Origin: a phage
DNA: 64,000 bases
Reading direction: 5' to 3' (one strand)
Sequence record: PZ179883.1
This document shows, one piece after another, positions 12,708 to 23,756 of the stretch. Both the position numbers and the translations under genes were made by a program. The notes below the pieces were generated by a model. The model searched no databases. It worked only from the letters and a program-made list of their open reading frames with translations, and was not told where the DNA came from. Position 1 is the first letter of the stretch, and every line of letters starts with the position of its first letter.

Positions 12708-12712
12708 ACTCC

Positions 12713-13882
12713 TTAAAAGTATTTTTTAAAACTCATCATAACTTTATCATCAACATCATTATCAATCTGTGCAACAAGATAAGATGACAGTTCTACTTCT
12801 TGTGGCGCTGATTGAACATTATCAGAATTAAGATATTCACGAATCCAAGGATATGGATGTTTAACCGGAGCATCGGTAATTGGGCATGGAAGACCGCACT
12901 GTTTCATACGAGATACAGTTAAGTAATCAATAAAGCTCCACATGCTATTTGTATTTAATCCAGGAACATCACCATCTTTAAATAAATGAACCGCCCAGTC
13001 TTTTTCTTGGCGGTTAACTTCCATGAAAATATCAACTGCTTCTTGTTCACACTCTTGAGCAATTTTAACCCATTCATCACCATCAGTGCCAAGTTGAAGT
13101 TGACGAATAATATATTGGGTGCCTTTAAGGTGAAGTTGCTCATCACGAGCAATGAACTTCATAATCTTGGCATTACCTTCCATGATTTCCATGTTCTTAT
13201 GGAAGTTAAAGGTACATGCGAAAGATACATAAAAACGAATAGCTTCCAATGCGTTGATTACGTGCAGGCAGAGGTAAAGAGATTTCATTAGTGCTCGTTT
13301 AGTACATTCAACAACTTTGCCTAACTCTTCTTTACGAAATCCTTCTGATAAAATTCCTTCATAATCTTCAACCGCATTCTGATATTCACGAGTCTTAACT
13401 AGAACGTCATCATAATAACGACCAATAGATTCAGCACGTTTCATGATAGCTTTATCTAATACAATCTCATCAAATACCTTTGATGGATCAGTATAAAGAT
13501 TTCGCATAATATGAGTATATGAACGGCTGTGAATAGTTTCACTAAAAGTCCATGTAGCAACCCATGTATCAAGACTTGGGTCTGAAATTAACGACATAAG
13601 TACAGCAGACGGTGCACGACCCTGAATGCTATCCAAAAGTGATTGATACTTCAGGTTATTAGTAAAAATATCTTGCTGATACTGAGGAAGCTTGTTAAAT
13701 TGTGCAGCATCCATCATCAAGTTTACTTCTTCAGGACGCCAGAAAAATGACAACTGCTTTTCGGTTAAATCTTCAAAAACTTTATGACGTTGAATATCGT
13801 AACGCGCAATACCAAGACCTGAACCGAAGAACATAGGTTCTTTTAAAACATCAACTGGATTTGTATTAAAAACTGTGCTCAT
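12713..13882 (-). CDS. nrdB: ribonucleotide reductase small subunit, uninterrupted
   Basis: Continuous 389-aa ORF with di-iron/tyrosyl-radical R2 features; no intron, unlike T4. Confidence 0.9.
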   Translation of the reverse strand: MSTVFNTNPVDVLKEPMFFGSGLGIARYDIQRHKVFEDLTEKQLSFFWRPEEVNLMMDAAQFNKLPQYQQDIFTNNLKYQSLLDSIQGRAPSAVLMSLISDPSLDTWVATWTFSETIHSRSYTHIMRNLYTDPSKVFDEIVLDKAIMKRAESIGRYYDDVLVKTREYQNAVEDYEGILSEGFRKEELGKVVECTKRALMKSLYLCLHVINALEAIRFYVSFACTFNFHKNMEIMEGNAKIMKFIARDEQLHLKGTQYIIRQLQLGTDGDEWVKIAQECEQEAVDIFMEVNRQEKDWAVHLFKDGDVPGLNTNSMWSFIDYLTVSRMKQCGLPCPITDAPVKHPYPWIREYLNSDNVQSAPQEVELSSYLVAQIDNDVDDKVMMSFKKYF

Positions 13883-13933
13883 AAATTTTCCGCTTAGTTA
13901 ATAGATAGTGACTCGTCCATGAGTCAAATTATA

Positions 13934-16198
13934 TCATAATTTACAGGATGAACAATCTTCAGCTTTTGGAGTTTCTATTTCATAATCATCAGTACCAGAA
14001 CCATCACGGGTATTATGATAATAGAAATTTTTTCCGCCAAAATACCAAAAATACAAAAGGTCATCAATCATTATTGACATTGGAACCTTTCCTTTTGGAA
14101 AAATCTGCGGGTCATAATATGTATTCGCTGAAGCTGATTGACATACCCATTTCAGCATAATAGCTACTTGCGTAAGATAAGGTTTATTACCTTTCTTAGC
14201 TAATTTCCATGTATAATCATAGAGGTCTATGTTATGTTCAATATTGGGCACGACTTGATTAAAGGAACCCTCTTTTGATTCTTTAACCGAGACTGGTCCA
14301 CGTGGAGGCTCGATACCGTTTGTACTGTTAGAAACTTGGGAAGATGACTCACATGGCATAAGTGCTGATAATGTGCTATTACGGATGCCAAAGAGCTTAA
14401 GGTCTTCCCGCAGCGCCGACCAGTCACAAACGTATTTTGGAGCTGCGATTTGGTCAATCTTTTTATTGTACCAGTCGATAGGTAATTCGCCTCGAGACCA
14501 ACGAGTGTCTGAATAATATTCGCAAGGTCCTTTTTCTTTGGCGAGCTTAATGGATGCTTTAATGAGTCCATACTGTAATCTCTCAAATAGTTCATGTGTT
14601 AAATCGTTAGCATCTTCATAAGAAGCAAAGTTACTTGCCAGCCAAGCTGCATAGTTGGTAACACCTACACCAAGATTTCGACGCTTTTTAGCTTTTTCTG
14701 CTTCAGGAACTGGATATCCTTGGTAATCCAAAAGATTATCAAGAGCGCGAACTTGAACTTCTGCTAATTCATTAATTTTATCTTGGTCTTGCCAATCGAA
14801 GTTATCCAACACAAATGCAGATAACGTGCACAATCCAATTTCAGCATCAGGACTATTCACATCATTTGTTGGAATAGCAATTTCACAGCACAAGTTACTC
14901 TGACGAATAGGTGCCTTTTCACGAATAAATGGAGTATAGTTATTCGTATTATCAATGAACTGCACATAAATCCTTGCTGTTCCTGAACGTTCAGTCATGA
15001 GCAATTCAAATAGTTCACGGGCTTTAATACGCTTTTTACGAATATTAGGGTCTTTTTCTGCTGCTTCGTATAATTCACGGAAACGGTCTTGGTCTTTAAA
15101 ATAAGAATAATAAAGTTCGCCACCCATTTCATGCGGACTAAACAAAGTAATGTAATCGTTCTTTCCGAATCGTTCCATCATTAGGTCATTCAGCTGAACA
15201 CCATAATCCATATGACGGATACGGTTTTCTTCTACACCTTTGTTATTTTTCAAAACGAGAAGATTTTCAACTTCCAAATGCCAAATAGGATAATAAGCAG
15301 TAGCAGCGCCGCCACGAATTCCGCCCTGTGAACATGATTTAACAGCAGTCTGAAAATGTTTCCAAAAAGGAATAACACCAGTATGACGCACTTCACCTGT
15401 GCCAATCTTAGAACCTTCGGCACGAATCATACCAACGTTAATGCCGATTCCAGCTCGTTTAGAAATATACTCAACAATTGAAGCAGAAGCCTTATTGATA
15501 GACTTCAGCGAATCACCTGCCTCAATAACAACGCATGAACTAAATTGCCGAGTTGGAGTACGACATCCAGCCATAATAGGAGTTGGCAGTGAAATCTGTC
15601 GAGTAGATACTGCTTCATAAAAACGAATAACATGTTTTAATCTGTCAACAGGTTCATCTTGATGCAATGCCATTCCAATAGTCATAAATGCAAACTGTGG
15701 AGTTTCATAAATTTGACCAGTGGTTTTATCTTTAACGAGATATTTTTCTTTTAATTGCATCGCCCCGGAATAAGTAAATTCCATATCCCGCTCGTGCTTA
15801 ATTTTTGATTCTAAAAATGTAATTTCTTCTGCAGAATATTTTGACAACAATTCAGGGTCGTATTTACCTTCATTTACACAGTAAGAAATATGGTCAATAA
15901 ATGAACGGGGCTCATACTGTCCGTACACATGTTTACGAAGAGCAAACATTAAACAACGTGCAGCTACATATTGGTAATCAGGCTCTTCAACTGAAATAGA
16001 ATTCGCAGCAGCCTTAATTACAATGGTTTGAATGTCATCAGTGGTCATTCCATCACGGAGATATGATTTAATATTTTCATATAATTCATAAGGATCTACA
16101 GATGTTCCTTCAGCTGCCCAAGATAAAACTTTAATAATTTTTTGTGGATCAAAGCTCTGAGAAACACCACTACTTTTGATAACATTAATTAATTGCAT
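13934..16198 (-). CDS. nrdA: ribonucleotide reductase large subunit
   Basis: 754-aa ORF, class Ia R1 with C-terminal CxxC tail; length equals T4 NrdA. Confidence 0.9.
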   Translation of the reverse strand: MQLINVIKSSGVSQSFDPQKIIKVLSWAAEGTSVDPYELYENIKSYLRDGMTTDDIQTIVIKAAANSISVEEPDYQYVAARCLMFALRKHVYGQYEPRSFIDHISYCVNEGKYDPELLSKYSAEEITFLESKIKHERDMEFTYSGAMQLKEKYLVKDKTTGQIYETPQFAFMTIGMALHQDEPVDRLKHVIRFYEAVSTRQISLPTPIMAGCRTPTRQFSSCVVIEAGDSLKSINKASASIVEYISKRAGIGINVGMIRAEGSKIGTGEVRHTGVIPFWKHFQTAVKSCSQGGIRGGAATAYYPIWHLEVENLLVLKNNKGVEENRIRHMDYGVQLNDLMMERFGKNDYITLFSPHEMGGELYYSYFKDQDRFRELYEAAEKDPNIRKKRIKARELFELLMTERSGTARIYVQFIDNTNNYTPFIREKAPIRQSNLCCEIAIPTNDVNSPDAEIGLCTLSAFVLDNFDWQDQDKINELAEVQVRALDNLLDYQGYPVPEAEKAKKRRNLGVGVTNYAAWLASNFASYEDANDLTHELFERLQYGLIKASIKLAKEKGPCEYYSDTRWSRGELPIDWYNKKIDQIAAPKYVCDWSALREDLKLFGIRNSTLSALMPCESSSQVSNSTNGIEPPRGPVSVKESKEGSFNQVVPNIEHNIDLYDYTWKLAKKGNKPYLTQVAIMLKWVCQSASANTYYDPQIFPKGKVPMSIMIDDLLYFWYFGGKNFYYHNTRDGSGTDDYEIETPKAEDCSSCKL

Positions 16199-16515
16199 AA
16201 GTCCTCAACTTGAAAATCGTCTTTAAACAATCGGTTAACTATATGAGCTATTATATCACCATGACACGGCTTTGGTTTACATGTGCATCCTAGCCTCATT
16301 CCACGTAAAGGCTCTAAATGTGCTTTAGTTATTTCTCCGGATTTAATTCGACGTATAAAATCTTTTTTGAATAATTCAATGGCAGCCTCCCGGCTGCCAG
16401 CATCTTTACCGACGTAATTTCCCCAAAATGTACCACGGTGAATATTAACATCAAAGTCGGATTTATATTTATTCACTACTTGGCATAGACGGCCCGCGCG
16501 GTGATAATTCGTCAT
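16189..16515 (-). CDS. hypothetical Cys-rich protein
   Basis: 108-aa ORF with [11 protein letters not shown] cluster; overlaps nrdA start by 10 nt. Confidence 0.45.
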   Translation of the reverse strand: MTNYHRAGRLCQVVNKYKSDFDVNIHRGTFWGNYVGKDAGSREAAIELFKKDFIRRIKSGEITKAHLEPLRGMRLGCTCKPKPCHGDIIAHIVNRLFKDDFQVEDLCN

Positions 16516-16732
16516 ATTGTTTTTCCGTTAAAACAGTAATATCATAGTAACAATCTGAAGAAGTTTTAACTGTAGAAATTTTATTATCAAAATACTCACG
16601 AGTCATTTTATGAGTATAATATTTTTTGCCATAAATGATAATAGGCTGATTTGGTCCTGGAACTTCTAACTCACTTGGGTTAGGAAGTGTAAAAAGAACT
16701 GCACCAGAAGTATCTTTAAATCGTAAAATCAT
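16469..16732 (-). CDS. hypothetical protein
   Basis: 87-aa ORF; overlaps the next ORF by 47 nt so the boundaries are uncertain. Confidence 0.4.
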   Translation of the reverse strand: MILRFKDTSGAVLFTLPNPSELEVPGPNQPIIIYGKKYYTHKMTREYFDNKISTVKTSSDCYYDITVLTEKQYDELSPRGPSMPSSE

Positions 16733-16755
16733 ATATCCTCACAGTTAATAATTAA

Positions 16756-17067
16756 TTACACCGCCATTTTTCCTTTAATAGGAGGGTGTGATTCGTAACC
16801 TTTAAGAACGAAATCTTTAGGCCTGAGTTTAAGAACATATTCCAATTGTTCTTTAGTAGAAAGATAGCGGAATTTATAAGGCAATCCGCCTATTACCAGT
16901 TCACAAAGCTCTTTAGGTTCACGACGCAAAATTTCTTTACATTGTTCTACGTGATTCATATAGATATGAGTATTACCGCCAGAAAATATCAAATCTCCTG
17001 GAATAAGATTACACATCTTAGCTACAATATGAACTAATGCAGCATATGATGCAATATTAAATGGAAG
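16756..17067 (-). CDS. td: thymidylate synthase, exon 2
   Basis: Exon 2 starts at CTT 17065-17067 (LPFNIASYA...), directly after the intron's terminal G at 17068. Confidence 0.9.
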   Translation of the reverse strand, partial: LPFNIASYAALVHIVAKMCNLIPGDLIFSGGNTHIYMNHVEQCKEILRREPKELCELVIGGLPYKFRYLSTKEQLEYVLKLRPKDFVLKGYESHPPIKGKMAV

Positions 17068-18083
17068 CATTATGTTCAGATAAGGTCGTTAATCTTACCC
17101 CGGAATTATATCCAGCTGCATGTCACCATACAGATCAGACTATATCTCCATCTTGATGAAGCAAGATGTCTATCGTTTCGAGTCACTTGACCCTACTCCC
17201 CAAAGGGATAGTCGTTAGGCATTTATGTAGAACCAATTCCATTTATCAGATTTTACACGATAAGTAACTAATCCAGACGAAATTTTAAAATGTCTAGCTG
17301 CATCTGCTGCACAATCAAAAATAACCCCATCACATGAAATCTTTTTAATATTACTAGGCTTTTTACCTTTCATCTTTTCTGATATTTTAGATTTAGTTAT
17401 GTCTGAATGCTTATGATTAAAGAATGAATTATTTTCACCTGAACGATTTCTGCATTTACTACAAGTATAAGCAGAAGTTTGTATGCGAACACCGCACTTA
17501 CAAAACTTATGGGTTTCTGGATTCCAACGCCCGTTTTTACTTCCGGGTTTACTGTAAAGAGCTTTCCGACCATCAGGTCCAAGTTTAAGCATCTTAGCTT
17601 TAACAGTTTCAGAACGTTTCTTAATAATTTCTTCTTTTAATGGATGCGTAGAACATGTATCACCAAACGTTGCATCAGCAATATTGTATCCATTAATTTT
17701 AGAATTAAGCTCTTTAATCCAAAAATTTTCTCGTTCAATAATCAAATCTTTCTCATATGGAATTTCTTCCAAAATAGAACATTCAAACACATTACCATGT
17801 TTGTTAAAAGACCTCTGAAGCTTTATAGAAGAATGGCATCCTTTTTCTAAATCTTTAAAATGCCTCTTCCATCTCTTTTCAAAATCTTTAGCACTTCCTA
17901 CATATACTTTATTGTTTAAAGTATTTTTAATCTGATAAATTCCGCTTTTCATAAATACCTCTTTAAATATAGAAGTATTTATTAAAGGGCAGTCCTACAA
18001 TTTAGCACGGGATTGTCTACTAGAGAGGTCCCCCGTTTAGATAGATTACAAGTATAAGTCACCTTATACTCAGGCCTCAATTA
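17068..18083 (-). mobile_element. self-splicing group I intron in td carrying the I-TevI homing endonuclease
   Basis: 1016 nt between td exons; intron starts with the in-frame UAA directly after exon 1 GGU and ends ...AUG; internal GIY-YIG ORF. Confidence 0.9.
17215..17952 (-). CDS. I-TevI intron-encoded GIY-YIG homing endonuclease
   Basis: 245-aa ORF MKSGIYQIKNTLNNKVYVGSAKDFEKRWKRH... with GIY-YIG motif and C-terminal zinc finger/DNA-binding region. Confidence 0.9.
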   Translation of the reverse strand: MKSGIYQIKNTLNNKVYVGSAKDFEKRWKRHFKDLEKGCHSSIKLQRSFNKHGNVFECSILEEIPYEKDLIIERENFWIKELNSKINGYNIADATFGDTCSTHPLKEEIIKKRSETVKAKMLKLGPDGRKALYSKPGSKNGRWNPETHKFCKCGVRIQTSAYTCSKCRNRSGENNSFFNHKHSDITKSKISEKMKGKKPSNIKKISCDGVIFDCAADAARHFKISSGLVTYRVKSDKWNWFYINA

Positions 18084-19219
<1,136 letters not shown>

Positions 19220-19462
19220 TCAAACAGACTTTTTCACAATTTTCCAATCAGCTTTAAACTGTTCAACGTCAGAATGATAAATCCAGAATCCTGCGCTTTC
19301 TCCATCCTCATAAAGAGGGCATCCATCGCATTCATCTTCCCATCCCATATCACGTAAAAGATGTTCGGCTTTTTCAACGAGATCAGAATCTTTACCGATG
19401 ATATTAAAATACCATTTACCTTTAACTTCTGAATCTTTGATGCTCTGACGTTGTAATCTCAT
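19220..19462 (-). CDS. hypothetical protein (frd.1 position)
   Basis: Start placed at the internal ATG 19460-19462 with GGAG RBS, because an early-promoter motif lies inside the longer track ORF. Confidence 0.45.
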   Translation of the reverse strand: MRLQRQSIKDSEVKGKWYFNIIGKDSDLVEKAEHLLRDMGWEDECDGCPLYEDGESAGFWIYHSDVEQFKADWKIVKKSV

Positions 19463-19487
19463 TTTATTCTCCTTAGTTGATAAGGCT

Positions 19488-19516
19488 ATAGTATCACTAC
19501 CATAGCCCGTTGTAAA
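19488..19516 (-). promoter_or_regulatory. early promoter (T4-type sigma-70)
   Basis: Minus strand: GTTTACA, 17 nt, TACTAT preceded by TGG. Confidence 0.5.
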
Positions 19517-19519
19517 CAA

Positions 19520-19780
19520 TTATTTTTGAATTTTATCGAGCCACTTACCAAGCTTAATCATTTCTTTAGTAGCCTTTTCCATACTTCTGAACTTAACCAA
19601 TAGAGGATAGGTATCGACACCCATAACTAAACTGGTTACAAGACTGTGTTCACCCACAAGCCATAACGAATACGTTTGAATATCGAGTCCGTAATTTCTG
19701 TCTTTATGGACCCGTACACCCATCACTTCAAATTTCTCACTAGCTTTTTCTACCGCATCCAGGAAATCATCTTTAGTCAT
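19520..19780 (-). CDS. hypothetical protein (frd.2 position)
   Basis: ORF trimmed to the second Met to remove a 41-nt overlap with the upstream ORF; start uncertain. Confidence 0.4.
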   Translation of the reverse strand: MTKDDFLDAVEKASEKFEVMGVRVHKDRNYGLDIQTYSLWLVGEHSLVTSLVMGVDTYPLLVKFRSMEKATKEMIKLGKWLDKIQK

Positions 19781-19781
19781 A

Positions 19782-20183
19782 TTAGGCCTTAAAAGTTTTT
19801 CGCAAAAGTTCAATGATTTCATCTACATTGTTTTCGTCTACAATGCAGTGAATTTTTGTTACGCCAGAAACCTTGTCTTCGACTTCATCTTCTTCAGAAG
19901 TCGGTTCTTTATACTCGCGGAAACAATAAAACTCTTCTTCACTAAGTTCAAAATAATCATCACCTATGCCATCATCATTATAGATTTCGCCATTAGCGCA
20001 AATGATTTCGGTTACATAATCAAAGCCATCTAAACTTGATATTGATTTAACTTCAAACCAACCGCCATTTTCTTGAATGATGCTGACCATATTAGCATTT
20101 GATGAACTAATATCAATGAAAGATTTAATACGGTGTGGATTTAACTCATATTTTTGCCGATTTCCATTTTTGATTTTCCTCAT
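19782..20183 (-). CDS. hypothetical acidic protein (frd.3 position)
   Basis: 133-aa ORF; no clear RBS so the start is uncertain. Confidence 0.4.
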   Translation of the reverse strand: MRKIKNGNRQKYELNPHRIKSFIDISSSNANMVSIIQENGGWFEVKSISSLDGFDYVTEIICANGEIYNDDGIGDDYFELSEEEFYCFREYKEPTSEEDEVEDKVSGVTKIHCIVDENNVDEIIELLRKTFKA

Positions 20184-20213
20184 TTTGATAGGGGCTTGAC
20201 AGCCCCTTGATAA

Positions 20214-20441
20214 TTATTGTTCGATCAGTCCCATGTAAAATTCTGCGTCTTCAGCATCCATACCATCACAATATTCATTAGCCATAAAGCGGGTGAGGTC
20301 TTCAAGAGGACCTTCAATAACGATTTGAATGCTCCAAAACTTAGAATCTTGTACGCTTGTGATACTAAGTTCAGGATAACGATTACGAATAATTTCTTCA
20401 ATATATTCAAAATCAACGATGTCAATATCAACTTTAGCCAT
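20214..20441 (-). CDS. hypothetical protein
   Basis: Start at MAKVDIDIV with AAGAGGA RBS; sits between the gene 32 terminator/early promoter and the frd.x ORFs. Confidence 0.5.
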   Translation of the reverse strand: MAKVDIDIVDFEYIEEIIRNRYPELSITSVQDSKFWSIQIVIEGPLEDLTRFMANEYCDGMDAEDAEFYMGLIEQ

Positions 20442-20484
20442 ATTATTTTCCTCTTTAATCATCAGCAGTATTGCCGATAGTTGT

Positions 20485-20513
20485 ATAGTACCATAGAAGA
20501 ACAGAGATGTAAA
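20485..20513 (-). promoter_or_regulatory. early promoter (T4-type sigma-70)
   Basis: Minus strand: GTTTACA, 17 nt, TACTAT; immediately downstream of the gene 32 terminator. Confidence 0.55.
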
Positions 20514-20538
20514 CAGTTTTGTGAAAAATTTTTGAAAT

Positions 20539-20563
20539 AAAAAAGGGGACCTCTAGGGTCCCC
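20539..20563 (-). terminator. rho-independent terminator downstream of gene 32
   Basis: 7-bp GC-rich stem (GGGGACC / GGUCCCC) followed by UUUUUUAUUU on the minus strand. Confidence 0.65.
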
Positions 20564-20585
20564 AATTAATTAGTAATATAATCTA

Positions 20586-21494
20586 TTAAAGGTCATTCAA
20601 AAGGTCATCCAGGTCCGTGTCATCAGCACTAGATGAACTGCCAGAGCTTGAGCTCATAAAATCATCTTCAGTTTTTGTTTTGAAGTCATCAACATTGAAT
20701 GCATCCAAATCATCAGCAACTTTATCGGCTTTCTTAGCGGCAGTTGCTGCGGCACCGCCCATAGCAGCAGTTCCCATAACTTGACTGAACTTAGTGCTCA
20801 GTTCTTCAAACGATTTGAATTTATCTTTAGAAGTCATTTCAGAAAGGTCAACCATTTGTTCGAACAGTTCTTTCTGGAAAGATTCATCATCAATGTTTGG
20901 AATCGCAGATTGATTCAGGAATTTAGATTCGTCGTAGTTACTAAAACCAGAAACTTGTTTAACTTTCAGTACAAAGTTAGCACCTTCCCACGGACAAGTT
21001 ACATCAACCGGAGTTTCACCCATTTCAACATCAACTGCAATCATTGCATTGATTTTATCCCAAATTTTCTTACCGAAACGGTATTTAAATACTTTACCTT
21101 CATTTTCTGGAGCAGCTGGGTCTTTTACTACAAGAATGTTAGCCCAGTAAGAAGTTTTACGTTTAACAAGACCATACTCTTTATTGTCAGTGTTATACAA
21201 ATCATTTTTACTGATGTACTGACATACTGGACAAGAATCGTAATCACCGTAGGTAGATGAGCATGTTTCGATATACCATTTACCATTTTTCTTGAAACCG
21301 TGATTTACAAGAAGTGCGAATGGTGCTTGTTCATCATTTTTAGACGGAAGAAAACGAATTACTGCTTGGCCGTTACCCGCATTGTCGAGTTTCAGTTTCC
21401 ACTCGCCTTTATCTTCAGAAGAAAAACCACCTTTATTTCCAGCCAGTTTAGCCATTTGTGCAGCGAGTTCAGCAGTAGATTTACGTTTAAACAT
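20586..21494 (-). CDS. 32: gp32 single-stranded DNA-binding protein
   Basis: 302-aa [22 protein letters not shown]... with acidic Ser/Asp-rich C-terminus; matches T4 gp32. Confidence 0.92.
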   Translation of the reverse strand: MFKRKSTAELAAQMAKLAGNKGGFSSEDKGEWKLKLDNAGNGQAVIRFLPSKNDEQAPFALLVNHGFKKNGKWYIETCSSTYGDYDSCPVCQYISKNDLYNTDNKEYGLVKRKTSYWANILVVKDPAAPENEGKVFKYRFGKKIWDKINAMIAVDVEMGETPVDVTCPWEGANFVLKVKQVSGFSNYDESKFLNQSAIPNIDDESFQKELFEQMVDLSEMTSKDKFKSFEELSTKFSQVMGTAAMGGAAATAAKKADKVADDLDAFNVDDFKTKTEDDFMSSSSGSSSSADDTDLDDLLNDL

Positions 21495-21565
21495 TTTTAT
21501 TTTCCTTTTTAATTTAATTAACAGTTGGTGCTATGACGATGTATGACCTCATAGCTGGTCAGTGA
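21495..21565 (-). promoter_or_regulatory. gene 32 5' leader / candidate autoregulatory translational operator
   Basis: Leader contains UUAAUUAAAUUAAAAAGGAAAAUAAAAAUG, an A/U-rich unstructured tract before the RBS like the T4 gp32 operator. Confidence 0.45.
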
Positions 21566-21570
21566 GATAA

Positions 21571-21578
21571 TTATAATC
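21571..21578 (-). promoter_or_regulatory. late promoter TATAAATA upstream of gene 32
   Basis: Minus-strand TATAAATA in the 59-32 intergenic region. Confidence 0.5.
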
Positions 21579-21594
21579 TATTTATAATAAGCAA

Positions 21595-22248
21595 TTAATA
21601 CTTACAAGATTTCACAGTTTCAATGAAAACACTTTTGGCTTTCTGTGAATCAATATTTAAAATTTTTCTATAAGCCTTTAACTTTATAGAATAATTATTC
21701 CAGACTAAATTATCAGTCTGTTCATCATGTTTATCAATTATATTTAAAAACGAATCAAGCAAGATAAACGTCTCAAACGAAATTATATTCGATTGAAGTA
21801 GTTTAAAAATATAACTTGATTGAACTTTTGGATTATATTCAAAAATTTCTTTAAAAGCAGAAACTTCAACTTTTTTACTAAAATAATAAATGTTGCGAAT
21901 ATCTTCTTCAAACTTAAATTTAATTTGCTTTAAGCGTCCGATATATTCACGATAAAACACAAGTGCATCAGCGTCAGAGATGTCACCAATCCAAGCATCC
22001 TGGTTAGCAACAAGATTGCTTATAAAGATTAAAGCAAGTTCCTTTAATTTATATTTTTCTGATAACTTCTGGAAAAAATACTTATCCCTTCGCTTTTGAT
22101 AAGCGGCATCAGACACCCGCATGCACCAATTATACTTAATTACATCATACTTTCCATTCATATGTTGTTTTATCATTAAGTATAATTTATAAACTGATTT
22201 ACCATCAATGTATCTTTCACCACCAGCAGGCATGCGGAGTTTAATCAT
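21595..22248 (-). CDS. 59: gp59 helicase-loading protein
   Basis: 217-aa ORF matches T4 gp59 in sequence and length. Confidence 0.88.
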   Translation of the reverse strand: MIKLRMPAGGERYIDGKSVYKLYLMIKQHMNGKYDVIKYNWCMRVSDAAYQKRRDKYFFQKLSEKYKLKELALIFISNLVANQDAWIGDISDADALVFYREYIGRLKQIKFKFEEDIRNIYYFSKKVEVSAFKEIFEYNPKVQSSYIFKLLQSNIISFETFILLDSFLNIIDKHDEQTDNLVWNNYSIKLKAYRKILNIDSQKAKSVFIETVKSCKY

Positions 22249-22583
22249 AGTAGAAAATCTAATGTATTAGTTTTTTCACAACGAACAACAGAAGGACGTA
22301 AAAGATTTTCGTCAATGGCTTCTGACTGAATTTTTTCAATTATACCCGAAGGAATAAATTTAGCAAATTGAGTTTCAGGAATAGAGTTTTCTTCTAAGAA
22401 TGCTGTTGTAGCTTCAAGATAACTCATTCCAAACTCTTCTACCATTTTTTCAATAATAAATCCATTTTCTTGACGATCAAGAAGCTTTGCTATTTCATCC
22501 TTTTCTTTCTTGATTGAAAGTTCTTTTTCTGAAAGACCGGTCTCATCGACCGGACGAATATCATTTAGAGAAAACTGTGTCAT
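22245..22583 (-). CDS. 33: gp33 late-transcription co-activator
   Basis: 112 aa from MTQFSLNDIRPVDETGLSE...; matches T4 gp33. Confidence 0.88.
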   Translation of the reverse strand: MTQFSLNDIRPVDETGLSEKELSIKKEKDEIAKLLDRQENGFIIEKMVEEFGMSYLEATTAFLEENSIPETQFAKFIPSGIIEKIQSEAIDENLLRPSVVRCEKTNTLDFLL

Positions 22584-22830
22584 AAAGTTCAACTACCTCT
22601 TCAGTTTCAGCTTCAAACACATCACGGTTATCTTTATGATACAAAGCTAAAAGACGATTAAACATCTTACCATCAACGCCAAGTTCATCTTTGGCGCGAA
22701 TTCGAATATCTTTAATCAATTCATTATAACCAGAAATTTTCAGTTTATGGTCAGATGCTTCTTTGATAAATTTAGCTAAGTCTTCGCCGTGGATAGCTTC
22801 ATCAAATTCAACCATTTCTTTTTTAGCCAT
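22561..22830 (-). CDS. dsbA: DsbA, double-stranded DNA-binding protein
   Basis: 89-aa ORF between rnh and 33, as in T4. Confidence 0.8.
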   Translation of the reverse strand: MAKKEMVEFDEAIHGEDLAKFIKEASDHKLKISGYNELIKDIRIRAKDELGVDGKMFNRLLALYHKDNRDVFEAETEEVVELYDTVFSK

Positions 22831-22838
22831 TATTCACC

Positions 22839-23756
22839 TCAAAATTCATTAATGCTATTAGTTAATTTAGAAAGACCCGCTTTTACAAAATATGAATAAA
22901 TTTTGCCACGCGGTGGTAATTTATATGAATTATAGTAATTCACAATGTTTGAAGCAATATTATCAGGAATATAATCAAAATCAATTAGAACTAAATTTTC
23001 TTTATATCGATTATATTCAGATTCAGTGAGAAGCACCTTAGCTTGCTCACGGTCATTAGCAATAGCTTCAACAACAGATGTTTTCATTGAAGGAGTTCGT
23101 TCACCTTCAACTCTGGTAAACCAAAAGTCAGATCGTACTTTAACTGAAGCAACGTTATCCTTTTTATCACCTTTAAGGATTTTAGTCATACAGTCAATTT
23201 CAGCAGAACCGCTTTTAATTTTAACCCATTTCTTATGCATCGGTGACCATTGCTTAACATTTGGATATTTGTGAAGCTGTGTAAAGTCACCATCCGATGA
23301 AATGATTAAAATCTTATGTCCTTCTAAAGAGAACTTTTTAACAAGAACAGCAATGTGGTCATCTGCTTCATACTTATCAATATCCATAACAATGTATGGC
23401 ATATAAGCTTTCAATTCATCTATAACTTTATGGCTGGATTCAAAATAACCTTCCCAGTCCCAAGTAGATTCTTCTCGTGCTTTTCCGCGGTTTTTCTTAT
23501 AATAATAAGCAAAATCACGACGCCAGTATCCGGATTTTGCGTTATCGATACACAGTACAATTTTAGTGTATCCAAGAGTTTTTGCTTTTTTGACATTAAA
23601 CTTAATTGAGTTCAATATCAAATGACGAACCATTGATAAGTTAATTTTTTCTTTATCTGGAAAGTTTACTAGAGCAGTTGAAAGCGCAATTTGACTAAAG
23701 TCAATCAAGCAAATTCCTTCTTTGTAATCTTCATCCAGCATCATTTCTAAATCCAT
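22839..23756 (-). CDS. rnh: RNase H / 5'-3' exonuclease (FEN-like)
   Basis: 305 aa from MDLEMMLDEDYKEGICLIDFSQIALS...; matches T4 RNase H. Confidence 0.9.
   Translation of the reverse strand: MDLEMMLDEDYKEGICLIDFSQIALSTALVNFPDKEKINLSMVRHLILNSIKFNVKKAKTLGYTKIVLCIDNAKSGYWRRDFAYYYKKNRGKAREESTWDWEGYFESSHKVIDELKAYMPYIVMDIDKYEADDHIAVLVKKFSLEGHKILIISSDGDFTQLHKYPNVKQWSPMHKKWVKIKSGSAEIDCMTKILKGDKKDNVASVKVRSDFWFTRVEGERTPSMKTSVVEAIANDREQAKVLLTESEYNRYKENLVLIDFDYIPDNIASNIVNYYNSYKLPPRGKIYSYFVKAGLSKLTNSINEF

Noticed and set aside
12686-12709. GTG-initiated N-terminal extension of denA proposed by the ORF track
   Set aside because: The GTG lies inside a GC-rich hairpin and 1 nt after the Shine-Dalgarno sequence; the ATG at 12685 gives the expected 136-aa endonuclease II.
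13934-16198. Possible intein or intron in nrdA
   Set aside because: ORF length is exactly that of T4 NrdA and the reading frame is continuous.
20781-21260. 159-aa plus-strand ORF
   Set aside because: Entirely antisense to gene 32, no RBS, Phe/Asn-rich composition typical of antisense AT-rich frames. The same applies to other plus-strand track ORFs inside minus-strand genes (for example 5554..5934, 8842..9219, 12986..13291, 42269..42631, 49013..49724) and to minus-strand ORFs inside genes 37 and 38.
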